Positions 33,684 to 46,188 of a stretch of DNA of 55,449 bases are shown in pieces (the first letter of the stretch is position 1; the number at the start of each line of letters is the position of its first letter). Origin of the DNA: Pelomyxa schiedti (Eukaryota > Protista > Evosea); assembly GCA_020536535.1 (NCBI GenBank), contig JAHLWZ010000216.1:1-55449 (forward strand), given 5' to 3'. Under the pieces are notes generated by a model, which saw only the letters and a program-made list of their open reading frames with translations, had not been told where the DNA came from and searched no databases. The translations under genes were made by a program, and so were the position numbers.

Positions 33684-36600
33684 CTAGCTTTTTTGTGTTG
33701 TGTTTGACTGTTGTTGTTCCATAAGTCTCCTGAGCCCTTTTTTCACTGTGTCATCACATATCCACCTGCAGGTTGTAGCCCTTGTTTCCTGGTCCAGGTT
33801 CAGGTTTAAATCCAGAAATTCCCTCAGGTCTGCCACAGACTCAGACGACCCCAAAAGGTTACTTAGTCTGGTGTACTCGCTCTGCTTTTCATTACCTCTC
33901 TCAGGAGGAAAGAGGAAGTTGACAAACCAGTTTTGCTTGGGCTTCAGCAGCGACCTTCAGTGCTTCAGCATCTTGAGCCGTGATAGATGCACGACTTAGT
34001 TTGTATGCAAGTGCAGGGAAAGATTCTATCGTGAGCTTCAGTTCTATGAGTTTTGTCCCCTCCATGGGATCCAGTGTGTCAGCCAAATTGAGTAACTTCT
34101 CCGCAACTGAAGATAGGGGTTGTCAGTGACAAGTACATGAGGCAAGGCAAGTTAGTACCATTCATTTCCACCCTCGGTGCTTTTGGTGGAGGATGTGATG
34201 CTGCTTCTTCCACAGCAGTGGTTGGGGCTCTCTTTCGCGACGAGTGTGCTGTCAAAAACGTAAGTCTATTGAGGACGGTGTGTAGGGATAACCTCCAATA
34301 AGGATCTGTATGCTTTCCGGTACCTGCGACAAGCCGTCAAAGTATTCACTCATGTTTGCACAGGATCGGAAGTGGTTTCTCAAAATTTGCAATGTATTTT
34401 CCCCAAACAGAGTATCCATCCCCCCAGCTCCAAGAATAATTACGTCACAATTGCGAGGGATGGAAAGTGAAGGCTGAGCTCCGGTACCAGGATTTTCTTT
34501 CACAAGGGACTAGGGGATCGTTTGTTTAGTTCTAGTCATCCAAATGGGTATTCCGTTTTTTACCTTAGTTTTTGTGTTCAGCCACCACCTCATTTCAGTG
34601 TCCTTACTGGATAAGACAATCCATGGGTACCCTTTAAAAACTGAGAAGACGGCATCCACGAGTTCAGTTGATGCAAAGACCAAGGTGAGGTGGATTTGTA
34701 CATTGGAATTTCTTGGTGCATTAAGACATTTGTCAACTTCAGCTTGTATTGTGCTCCAATTGGACTTAGATTTGGTGCCGGCACTGCCTCCTTGGATGTT
34801 TTTGAAGGCAAATTCGAGAAGGTGGGTGATTGCGGTTTCCTCTGTTGCACATACTAGAGAAGTGGTCTCTGAATTGAGTGCCAGAGGAATAACCAAATCT
34901 GGCCCCTGTGATGTCTCTGCAGGGAGGCCAATCTGGTGCAGGCATTTTTCTTGGAGCATCTTGACATACAAGTCCCAGTCCTGATTATGGTAAGAGAACT
35001 GTGTTGGATGGCCCTTTGTCGTTCTGGAATGCAGCATGGGAATGCTAGTTGGTGTGAAGAACATTTTGCTGGCAGTTGGGCTGCTGGTAACTGAGAGTAA
35101 GGCTGGGCCCAGAACTGTGTTCTTAAGGAAGGGCAGGGCAGACTCAATAGTGTTCTTCGTAGCGTACATGAACCGCAGGCATAAAACTTCGGCAGAAACA
35201 AGTCCAAGAAGTCTTCCTTGAGAAAGGACTGGTGGTGAAGTTGGTACAAGAGACAATAGGGACGAAAGTGGCATAGCGCGGTCCGTCCTGTTTTGCGTCT
35301 TATGTATCCAGTACTTGGAAAAAGTCGGCTTAAATCCATTTCCAAAAGGGGTAATGTAACATGGGAAGACGCTTAAAATATTTGCGGCTCTTGTAGAGGG
35401 AATTACAGCATTCAACATATCTGTTAACGAAATGGTTATCAATGCGAAGCTCGATAACGCGAACGCAAGCGCAAACGTCCTCCTGTTTATACATACAGAT
35501 GTGTAGGAGCATAACCTCGTACTTGTCGAGCTCTTGTCTGGGAAGGCTTTCCTTCGTTGCTTCAAAGAAAATAGTCGTGTCAGAAAGAACGCGTTGCCCA
35601 ATGATGCCAGTAGGCGCAAGGAGAGTGCGTAAGTGCTCAATTGTCTCTACTGGAGAACTCTGGCGAAGGTGCGACCATAGATTCCAGGACGTGCTATAAA
35701 TAATTCGCGGCACCCCACCACTGAGATCGTAGATAAGTTCGGCCAATGGTGCAAGGAGAGATGGCAAAAACCGACTGATGTCTGAGGACTGCAAAATGAC
35801 TTCTATGTCTGCGGCCTGGTGCTTGTTTTATTCGGAGTTATAAAACATCACTCCATACACATACATTTAGTGCCCCCATTGCAAGATACTGCAGGTATAA
35901 AGGAGAAGTCACGACATCACCAAGAGCCAAGTTTATAAGAGTCCAAGATTTCCCACAAAGAAAAACGAAAACCTGTATTTTAGAGGAGAGAAAGTAGGAA
36001 GGTAATGAAATAGCTACCTTTCCCTTCGATGTTAATATGAGCTCCTGGATGCATTCTAATAAGGGTAAAAAGCAGTTCTTCACCAGCTCTGGAAAGCCTG
36101 CATGGGCACTTGATCCCTCAAATACTCCAACTTCATCAAAACAAATGAACCAGTTTCCATTCCATTTTGGCATGAGAATGTTCTGTAAATTTTTCATCAA
36201 CAACTACGAGTGGAAGGGAGATGAACTAACTTCGTAAATAAACCCAGGATGCATGAAGGGGATGTTTTTAAAATTGGCGTAAGGAGTATTTCCGTTGAGT
36301 GTGGCAAGAATCCAGTATGGAACTGCTTGACGTGCCGTTTGCCCTTCCTTCAAAGGCATGATTGTCGTAAGATCAACAGTAAGGTGCTTGGCTTCTGCGA
36401 AGTTCCTCACATCTTCCTGAGTGAAGCTGTAGTTGCGCAAGCCTGCCAACCCACATCGGTCATCAATCTCATCAGGTGGGCTTGGATTCACTAGGTTCTA
36501 GGTAACAGTTAGCATCAGATAAAAAATACACCAAAAAACCTGTGTTATTGGGCCCAAACGCTCAAAGTCAACAGCAAGGTGTTCAATTCGTGATCGGCAA

Positions 36601-36862
36601 AAAAGGTCTTTCCTGAGCCGAATAACTGAGAGGAGAATAGCGCCGCCAGCTTGGTTATGGGCCCAACGTAGCCCGGCTTCCCAAGAAGATGTTGATTGTG
36701 TTGCGCCCAACGCACCAACAGCTCGATCTCAATGTTACGATCTACAAAAGGCCAGTTGCCAAAGCGAGAAGGTGATGAAGGTGCAGACCCAGAAGGAGAC
36801 GAAGACGCAGTGGTGCGCGTTTTCGCAGAGTGGTCCGGTGTCGCGGGCTGGTGTGTTGCCAT
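33684..36862 (-). CDS. Crinkler/RHS-effector-like protein: P-loop NTPase followed by a restriction-endonuclease-like domain and a helical tail
   Basis: WPFVDRNIEIELL, Walker A SSQLFGSGKT, Walker B FICFDEVG, LIYDLSGGVPR, then QGPDLVIPL..LLEFAFKN..WSTIQAEVDKC..VIILGAGGMDTLFG. Further exons are open down to the stop at 33684. The 3' exons and start are less certain. Confidence 0.65.
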
Positions 36863-37760
36863 TATTGTTCTTTTTTTGATCTTCCTTTTTATTGCTCCGA
36901 GTTTGGCATGGCCGGTGACTCGTTACTGAGCGGGAACTTTGGGATGGAGTTTTGAAAACTGCCGAACGTTCTCGATTATGAAGCCCTCACGAGTGCGTAG
37001 GTGGTATGGGCTGAGGTCACCGCCGAATGTGGATTCGTCAGTGTGAATGTACAGTTAGGAGTGGGTGGCGGGGAAAAGTGTAGTTGTTTGAGACTGCGAG
37101 GGGACCCATTGGATATTTTCGGCCTCTGCTTGTGTTTATTGTTTGTTTTTTTTGTTTCCCTGTGTTAATGCCAACAACCAAACGGCGAGGAATTGTTTGG
37201 ATGGAGGGAGTTCCAACTGTGAGAAATAGGCCTGTGGTGTTTGATTTGTTCTCCTGCATTGTGTCCAAACTGCCGAGAAAGGCTTAACGAGCTCAGAGTT
37301 GTAGGAGTGATGGGCGAAGGACAAAGGGAAGCCCTGAGATGATTGGGCGCCAAGTTGGGCAACTAATTATGGCCATTCACTGGAACCAGCGAGTTCAAGC
37401 TAATAGACCCAGCCAACCGACCCACCTTATAAACCCCTCTGTATCGTGTAAATAGTTAAGACAAAGTTGTGGTACAAAACACACATGAGGACAACACTCT
37501 ACAGCCCACAACGTCCCTCACCCAGACCACGTATCTTACAGAGTCGTTAGTGCCAAAGAAAGAACAGCAACAATTTAATGGCCAAGATTTGTTTCCACTT
37601 TTAGGAGGGTCTGAGTGCACCCAGTTTTCCCTGTATTGGAGGTTTTTCTCCTCTCCACCATGTGGATCCAGGCGGACTGCTCACGCCATCGTCTACAACA
37701 AATGAATAAAATAATCGGCTGTCTGGTGTTTTTTTTATTCAGCCAATTTGGGACTCGTGG

Positions 37761-39713
37761 ATGTACACCGAAGAGTACCGAAGATTGAAGGAGTCGTTTG
37801 TGCAGGGGTACGGCGGGGGCACCGTCGCGGAGGTCGGCACAGTCCTCACCTTCTCGTTCCTGTGCCTGGTGCTAAGCCGCGTGGCGTCTCCCTCTCGCCC
37901 GGCCTCGGAGCTCGGCGGGGGCGGGGGCGTAGGGGCCGCGGCCCGCTTCGCCTGCGAGTTCGCGCTCGGCGTCGTGCCCATGGTGCTGGTGTACACCGTC
38001 TTCAGCAACTTCTCGGCCCTTGCCACCTTCTCCGCCGTCGTCGCCGTTGTGATCGCAGGGTCTGCTCGTAATGCCATCTCGCGGAGCGTGCGATATGCCG
38101 GCGGAATCGCTCCATCTGTTCCATCTGCTTCTTCGCCGGCTCCTGCTCCGCCGTCGCCGGACGATTTCTCGCACGCGGCTTCTCCCTGCTGCAGCAGTCC
38201 TAAACCTGCGGATCCGCATTATGGGACTTCCAGGGGCGATGGCGGTGGCCTGAGAGGGACTTTTAGAGTTTTGGGCAACAATTCTCTTGAGAGAGAGTGC
38301 AGAAGCTTGTTGAATGATTTGAGGTCTTGTGCATTTGTGGATGATGTGAGGGCAGTTGTTATCATGTTGACTGTTTTGGGTATACTTGCTGTGGATTTTC
38401 CGGCCTTTCCGCGCCGTTTCGCCAAGACCGAGTTCTATGGGACATCAGGGATGGACGCTGGTGTTGGCCTGTTTGTGTTGCTCTCTGGGATGTCATTTGC
38501 AATTTCCCACGCTCGCCGGCAAGCCGCAGCGGCCGCATCTATCGCTGTGCTTGGCTCCTCCAGAAAAGCTCGAAAAGCTACTGATACCTCTGAGCGGGAG
38601 TTTTCCAGCCACGTGCACAACCGGCGCCGCTGTTGCCCACGCTTTATCGGGAGAGTTATCGGTTTGTGGAAAGGCGCATTAATGAAGTTCACTGTGTGCT
38701 ACCGTAAGCTCTGTAGTTTCTTCACAGTGTTCATTCGACTTGGGCGGTGCCTGTTGCCTGTGCTTTGTGAGCTAAGGCGTGTGGCCCCTCTTCTGGTGAT
38801 AGCCGCGTTACGAATTGTGCTTCTTAAATCTATTGGCTATCAGCTTCATGCCAGTGAGTATGGTGTACATTGGAACTTCTTTGTGACGCTGGCTGCCCTT
38901 CCCGTTCTGGCTACGATTTTCGGAATTTCCAGAACAAACCAAGAACTGAATCAGCGAAACATCCTGCTGCTGTCTTTCGTTATTATGGCAGTTCACGAGT
39001 TCCTTTTAATCTGTGGCTTAGAGAAATACACAAGACTTCATGAGCGGACAGAAAATTCTAACCTTATTGTACTGAACTGTGAGGGTGTGAGTGCACTGCG
39101 ACGCCACACATTTCTCCACTCACATCTATCCAGCTGCTTAGTCTCCCTGGATACTTGGTTCTGTATTTAATTGGGATGGCATTTGGAAACCAGGTTGCAT
39201 ACATGGCCAGATCAGGAGGTCGCCTCTCAGGATGGCTCTGGATAGCATTGCAATACGCATTTTCGTTACTGGCAACTCTGTCCTGTTATGGGCTCAGTAA
39301 ACACTTCCTGGGTCCTGCTTCTCGTGTGGTTGTAAATGTAACCTATATTAGGTACGATTTCGCGTCTAGGCTTTTTCTATCTAACCCATAAGCAGTTACA
39401 CATTGTGCTTATGGTGCCTGATTTGCTTTTTGTCTCTTTGTAGCTACTTATTGTACCCCTCACCCACGGGAACCATTGCTTATGGAATATGTATGTTTCT
39501 TCCAATACCTGAATAACTTTTACTCCAGCAAAGAACATGCTAGTCATTTTCCTAATTTCAAACCTGCTTACGGGTCTTGTGAATCTTACTATTGACACAC
39601 TTTCAGCTGGAGCCATGTTCACCGTTTTTATCTTGTTACTGTACTGTGGAGTTGTCTTTGGGGTTGCTTTCAACCTCGGCAACCAAAACAAAACAGTAAA
39701 ACTTTTCTTCTAA
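37761..39713 (+). CDS. PIGW: GPI inositol-acyltransferase PIG-W/GWT1
   Basis: YRRLKESFV, ILAVDFPAFPRRFAKTEFYGTSGMDAGVGLFV, SIGYQLHASEYGVHWNFFVTL, NCEG, SRVVVNVTY and NMLVIFLISNLLTGLVNLTIDT. Stop TAA at 39711-39713. Confidence 0.93.
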
Positions 39714-39887
39714 CATCCACAAAATTTTTGAAACAAGGCTACAAGCCGTTCTATTTGTTTCAACTTGAGTTTGGGGAGGCATTGTGCCCTACAGATATTT
39801 ACATATTTGTATTTGTGGGGCCAAGGGAGTCTGGAGCTCAGCTCAAAAATGAAGCCATTCTAGCTTAGGGAAAACCCAGTAGAATTT

Positions 39888-42723
39888 CTAGCCGGAAGTG
39901 TGAGTTGGGTGGCAGCTGCACACCCCCTGCAGAGTGCTTCTGGCTTCCGCAAATCCCATATCAATAGATAGCCTAATGAGCTTGACTCCAAAAACGGGGT
40001 CAATAGGCAACGAAGTGCCGCGTATGTGGCAAAGGCCTAGATTTCCTATTGAACAGGCATCCCCAAGTAGAAAGCCTTTCTTAAAGAACTTAACCGCCGT
40101 ATCAAGGTCTGGTTGTTTGTGGAAATGGTGTTGGTTTTTTCCTGTAAGCGTGCACGGTTTATAAATAGTAGTATAGGTTACCTTTTTCTACTCCATCACC
40201 TGGTAATTATGAGTGATACTGCAGAAGGAGGGGAAAAGATACCATTTCCATAGCACATTCCTATTTGTGCAACAGCCCAGGCATCACCGGCATCGGCAGC
40301 TTTTTTATACATATCTAATAATACCATCATTTTCCCTATAACCAGATTTGGGTGATACATAACGCCTGGTTCATGTCTTGTTCTACGCCTTCACCTTTGT
40401 GGTACATCTGTCCAAGAAAGCTGAATATATCTGAGAATAAGAAAACTACGTAATACATAGCACCTCATCGCATCAGCACTGCCAGCATTGGCGGCTTGCG
40501 TGTAAAGAGCAAGAGCTTGAGATAAATCTTTGGCTGTGCCAATTCCCTTCTTGTAACACCAGGCAAGTGTCAACATTGGCGAGGTACTGCCAGATTGTAC
40601 AGCTTTTTGTAGGAGCTTGAATCCAAGACTGTGTCTCCTACCCACATTTTCGGCGCCGTCTGTAGACTCACATAAGATGGGAGCATCCCCTTTTGTGAGT
40701 CTATTGGCAACATGATTCATTGACCAAATATCGCCTTCAAATGCAGACACAAAATACAAACGCAGTGCTATCTTGTCAAGCTGAGTATTAGTAGCTGTAT
40801 TCAGAGACTTTTTCCTCAGTTGTGAGTAACACTGACCCAAGCACCCAAGGGAATCTGGATGTGAAAGAGAAGCTCCACACTGAAATATAAGTCCAGCCCG
40901 GTGAAGGTCTTTTTCCACTCCTCCTGTTCCTTTCTGATAACACAGTGCGAGAAGGTTCATTCCATCAGGGTCACCCAAGTCAGATGCCTGCTGGAACCTA
41001 ATTGTGCCATTGGTGAAAGTGGACAGGAGTGAAAGTGGAGCACCATTCTACAGGAGGTCGCCTGCTTCCTGGAGCTAAATAGACACTGCGATGTTCCAGT
41101 AGCATTCCGAGATGAACAAACGCAAAGCTGTCACCAAGAGCGGCTGCCTTCATATACAATTCCGCAGCAGTACTTAAATCAGTTGCCATGCCTTCACCAT
41201 GGTGGGCGCAGAAGGCATAATTTCCCAAGGCAGCAGCATGAGTTGAAACAGATCGAAAAAGTGAACATGAGCGCTTTTTGTCAGTGAAGCCCGACACATT
41301 CATGAGGCAGAAAGCCAGACTATTTGTTGCACAAGGGTTTCCTGCATTGCTTGACAGCTCCCACTCCCGAATTGCCGATGTCTTGATAAAATACGTCAGG
41401 GTTGCATTACTTAAAAGCTCTGTTTTTTTTTGGTTTGAAAGTGAAAAAAAAAAACGGCTTACTTTGTCATTTTGCAAAAATGAGAGCCATCCCTTCAAAA
41501 AGTGATTAATCTTTGGCCATGTATCCCCAAGGCGGATTGTGTAGTCCTGTGCCCATTCAACGAGGTGTGCATGTCTAATGGCTTGGTCCCTTCTCTTTTT
41601 TTTTTCTCCCCAATCAGAGAAGGAAAAATAAAGGAATGGGAGAGAATCACACCCAACCAAGAAGCCAAACAGTGTTCAAACAACAAGGGAGTCCTGTGCG
41701 GCCAGTTGTGCGCCGGAGCTCCGGAATCTGCTGAAGCAAAGCCCGTAACGCAATCAGGGCCGGCAGAAACTCCCACACACAACCACACGCCCCCTCGCAC
41801 TCCACTCGGTCGTCATCATCATGCCAAAAGGCCCTCCCAGCCGGCCCCAGAGCTTCATCATCACCCCAACCACAACTAACAGAATCACATGCCTGATTCT
41901 GATTCTGATTCTGATTATGATTCGGGGCAGATAGTGGGTGCAAATCACATGCCAAGCACCTGGGGACCACGAGCCCGAGAAGAGGCGCCGGCACAGCCCT
42001 CGCGGACTTGACTCCGCACACACAGCACTTATGGGATGTCTCGCGGAGCCACACGCGCCTGTCCCCACACCAGCCGCACATCCTCTTGTCTGCGTGGCAA
42101 CACCCAACAACATCCGCGGCCTGTGCCATACGCCGAGATTGTTCCCGAGACTGTGACTGCGACTGTGACTGAGACTGTGACTGGACCCTGGCCCAGGACT
42201 CTCCCTGAGTCTGAGTAGGCCGCGGCCTGGGCCTGGGCCTGGGGCCGGGCTTAGGCGAGGCAGCAGCAGCATCGTATCTCATGTCGGTCTCGGCCTCCGC
42301 GGTGCCTCCTCCTCGGTCCTCGTCCATCGCCTCAGGGCAAATGCGCCCCCGCGCGAGTGGTGCCGTTGTTGCCGTGGAATCCAGCGCCTCGTGGGCTGTG
42401 GGCGGGGGCATGGGCTGGCGCCACTCGTGGTGGAGCAGGCCGCGGCTATGGCGCCGCGCCCAGCCCGGGGGCCTGCGAGAGGAGGAGGGGCGCGGGAGGG
42501 GCGCCGCGGGACCCCCCTGCCACCGACACCGGGACACGGCCTCCGCGAGGGAGTCCACCGCCGCCGCTAGGTCGCCCTGTTGCCAGTGCTCCAGCCCACG
42601 GGTGGTAAGGTTCTCGACTGTTACAGCTTCGACATCGATGTTCGGCTGTATCATCCACCGATTTTCAGCAGTTAGGGGAACGGCTTTGGTTTGATGGTGG
42701 GTGACGATGTTACCAAGAGCCAT
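39888..42723 (-). CDS. SEL1-repeat protein with an N-terminal low-complexity and Cys-rich (zinc-finger-like) region
   Basis: Repeats NYAFCAHHGEGMATDLSTAAELYMKAAALGD, NLLALCYQKGTGGVEKDLHRA, TLAWCYKKGIGTAKDLSQALALYTQAANAG and NLGLCHIRG. The first exon carries CGWCG..HKCCVCG..CLAC. Both ends are approximate. Confidence 0.78.
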
Positions 42724-44320
42724 GTAATCAGCTACAACCACATAAAACACCCCCACAACACTGTACCCAGACCTCAAGAAATAAAAAATGTTCCAGGAGT
42801 TTTGTCCCTTGCAACCCTTGGCTATATTACCCCACGTTCCAATTGTGGGGGAACTCGTCCTCTTTGCGACTTACTCGCCCGAGGGCCGGTCTCGCCAGAA
42901 CTGGAAACTTCGTCCTCCTAAATGATGTAGTTACGTGTCCACGTTGTATTTGTCCTCCAGTCTTCTTAAATGATGATATATGTTTCCAGTTCTCGGTCCG
43001 CAGTGGCCACTAAGGGCTCCCAGAACCTCTGTACCCTGTGTTATCTGCTCCGGATGTTTTTGCCCCTCAACAGATCGAAACTGAAATTATGGGTGGAAGT
43101 TCCTGTTCCAATCAATAGCTTGTTCAGCGATTCTCTGAACCCCAAACAAAAGAAGAAACAATGGCCGGGTGTGGTACCTCGAGGTTTGGTGTGTTGGGTG
43201 CGGATACACGTGCGGGGAAGTTCGTAACCCACACTGTGAGAGTGCGTTGTGTTGTTGCCGGTTGGTGGTTCGCGTTCCTCGTCACAACCACGATGAGTGG
43301 CTAAACACTCGATTGGAGTGCATGAGTTGGATTTCCCCTCTCACGGCTCGCGTCACTGATGGGCGTGCTGATGAATCCGTAAAAGAGGCGGATAAGGGAA
43401 TTCTTATTATTATTTCCATCTGTGCATAGAGTAGGACTTGGTCTGGCTCTGTGAATGTTGAGCCACTACTTGTTGTACGCCATCGACTGCGAGTCAATGA
43501 GCAGCTTCTTGCCCTGCGACGGCACTGCACAGACAATGTGGTCAAAACAGTCCAGCCCGGATTCTTACAGCCCATACTTTGCAGTGTTTGTCAGATATTT
43601 TCGCACCTCACGACCGACTCACGGTCTGCCTGTTACTGCGTAAGCCTAGTAGCGTGATATTCACCTTTGGCCATACAATTCGAGCTTACAGTGACTATCC
43701 TACCACTCACTGCCAACAGCAAGTACTGCATTAGTGATGATGATGCAAGCTTAATGTGATCCACCAATTGAAAACTGCCCACTGGTTCGACTTGCCTGGT
43801 TTCATGCACCCGTGTTCTGTTTCTTTTGCACAGCGTGACGATTACGAGCCGATGCAGGGGCAGGGAGTTTTGGGCTCTCTCCCAATATCCAAGGAAGTCA
43901 CATACAAAGTATAGCATGGTGAAAAAAACATGAGGCTCCAACAAGGGTTTAATTTTAAGTATTTAATTTTCATGCAGACCTGGTTGCCATCTAGTTGATG
44001 TTGAAGAAAAAAAATAAAAAATAAAAAATAAAAAATAAAAGGAAACAAGAAATTTCTTTTTTCCCCGAGCCTGAGAGCACAGGGACCCAGCCAATACTGC
44101 CACTGGATTTCCAGAAGGCCAGAATCACTTTAGAAATTGGTTCTGTGTTTTTTGTACTGCAAGGTTTTTAGATACAGCCATTTTACATAATTTTTTATTT
44201 ATCTATATAGGCCTCCCCACATACACAACAGCGCTCCACTCCCTTTGGGGAGAAGAAGAGCAATAACAATACTACTACTAGTCCTAGACACTGACCTCAA
44301 TAAATAGCGTAATGTGGGGC

Positions 44321-44391
44321 GGCGTTGTAGCTCAATGGTAGAGCGCCTGGTTTTCAGGACGTGATGCGCGGTTCGATTCCCGCCACGACCG
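44321..44391 (+). ncRNA. tRNA-like element with a distorted cloverleaf (tRNA pseudogene or Pol III tRNA-derived RNA)
   Basis: Perfect A box TAGCTCAATGG (44328-44338), D stem GCTC/GAGC, B box GGTTCGATTCC (44370-44380) and a T7 run at 44399-44405. The anticodon arm is only CCTG-GTTTT-CAGG, the T stem needs a bulged C, and the acceptor GGCGTTG/CACGACC pairs only with bulges. Confidence 0.7.
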
Positions 44392-45256
44392 TTTCACATT
44401 TTTTTAAAATAACCTCTATTGCTGTGTGTGCACACACGTTCTGTGTCTCATAAGATCGTCGCTGCCTTATTCCAGTAATTCCATCAAGCCCGCATTGGAT
44501 CTCGAGAGTCGAGATTCGTACAGAGTCCGCAGAGTGTCCATCGAGCTAAAGCTCGTGTACTTGCTAAAGTACACAGTGGGACAATGATCAAGGGTTCATT
44601 TCCAGCTGTCATTCAACAAACCACACCATCAGTCAGGCTGTACCTACCCTGGAAGAACTTGGATAAAAAGAAAATAGAACCAACATAGTTCCATAGTTCA
44701 GTTTTTTCTTTTTGCTTGTGAAACTAAACTGTGGATGGCTGCGGTGATTGCAAGTGAGGCACATGATTTGGACTGAGGGAGCTGGAGGTTCCATTTGTAC
44801 CTTGTCCAGCTTGAGATTGGACACCTCAGGCCAAGAGATTATTCTCCAATTGAATTAAAGAATGCTTTCTTCACTGGTGTTTGCATGTCTGTCTTCATCT
44901 GAGAGACTGTTATACAGTGGAGGATTGATAAAAGTAATTTTACCTACATCCAAGGCTTCCAGTACATGAGGTCACCTTTCTTGTAAATCTCTCTTGGCCA
45001 GAGAAATCCGTAAGGAATCATACAATCCCCACCCACCATCTGCCTTGACGGTGTGCACAGGGTGCATTCTCCTCTTCAAAACCTAACAAAGATTTAAAAA
45101 TACATGTAGATCCAGAGACCACACACATTTGTGCATGCAACTGCACGCCCATAGGGTTCCCCATGTTCAACATTGTGCCTTGATTTTCTCTCCCACCCTC
45201 ATGCAAGTCTGCAAGCCAGAATTTAATTGCGTTGTGAGTTTGAGGGAAATTTACAA

Positions 45257-46037
45257 AGCATTTAAAATCGTAGTAATTATCTCAATCAAACTTACAATGA
45301 CTGAGAGCATTTAAAATCGTAGTAATTATCTCAATCAAACTTACAATGATTGAGCAAGTGGTTGTTTGGTTGTAATTATATAGAGGAGATATTAGAGGAA
45401 ATTTTGTTGCAATACGAAGATGACACTGTGAGAGCTTGCTTCTTCCATCATATGCCCAGTTCAGTGCACAGAGAGCCTTTGGCACCCAGCCTCCAATGTC
45501 ACACCACAAGACACCCCCCCAATTTGCCCCCGATTTGCACACTGCTGCACACTGCTGCACACCGCCGTCTTCCCGTCTAAAAATCGGCCGAAAAGAGTAC
45601 AAGTACCAGCTTAAAGTATTGACTGTTGAAGTGTGAAATAGAAAACTTAAAATCGTAGTAGTTATCTCTATCTCAATCAAACTTACAATGACTGAGAGCA
45701 TTTAAAATCGTAGTAATTATCTCAATCAAACTTACAATGACTGAGAGCATTTAAAATCGTAGTAATTATCTCAATCAAACTTACAATGATTGAGCAAGTG
45801 GTTGTTTGGTTGTAATTNNNNNNNNNNNNNNNNNNNNNNNNNNNNNNNNNNNNNNNNNNNNNNNNNNNNNNNNNNNNNNNNNNNNNNNNNNNNNNNNNNN
45901 NNNNNNNNNNNNNNNNNTATGCCCAGTTCAGTGCACAGAGAGCCTTTGGCACCCAGCCTCCAATGTCACACCACAAGACACCCCCCCAATTTGCCCCCGA
46001 TTTGCACACTGCTGCACACTGCTGCACACCGCCGTCT
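45257..46037. repeat. 49-bp tandem units nested in a 440-bp partial tandem duplication
   Basis: Unit agcatttaaaatcgtagtaattatctcaatcaaacttacaatga(c/t)tgag at 45257-45305, 45306-45354, 45697-45745 and 45746-45794, plus a variant at about 45647-45696. The segments 45355-45377 and 45451-45570 recur at 45795-45817 and 45918-46037. Confidence 0.95.
45818..45917. other. Assembly gap (100 N)
   Basis: Run of N. Confidence 1.
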
Positions 46038-46188
46038 TGGCTGTTTCACCACAAAAATTAAGTGGGGCTTGTGAGCAAGACTCGTGGTGCTCAAAAGACG
46101 AGAGAAAAATAAATAAACAGCAACTCAAAAAGACAAACAACAACAACACGAACCCGGACATCGAGGTACGGGCGCCTTGTCAAGTTTT

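Noticed and set aside
42900-43950. Transglutaminase-like fragment on the minus strand (GLDCFDHIVCAVPSQGKKLLIDS at about 43465-43570) and neighbouring short ORFs
   Set aside because: It resembles the His/Asp half of a transglutaminase-like triad, but I could not build an open spliced frame or find the catalytic Cys motif. It may be a decayed gene and would need tBLASTn or RNA-seq.
44420-45250. Possible retroelement or gene remnant downstream of the tRNA-like element
   Set aside because: There are only short ORFs, with no RT, integrase or transposase motifs, no poly(A) tail and no target-site duplication that I could see.
45257-45794. CRISPR array
   Set aside because: The 49-bp units abut with no unique spacers, the one spacer is itself duplicated, and there are no cas genes. 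The context is eukaryotic.
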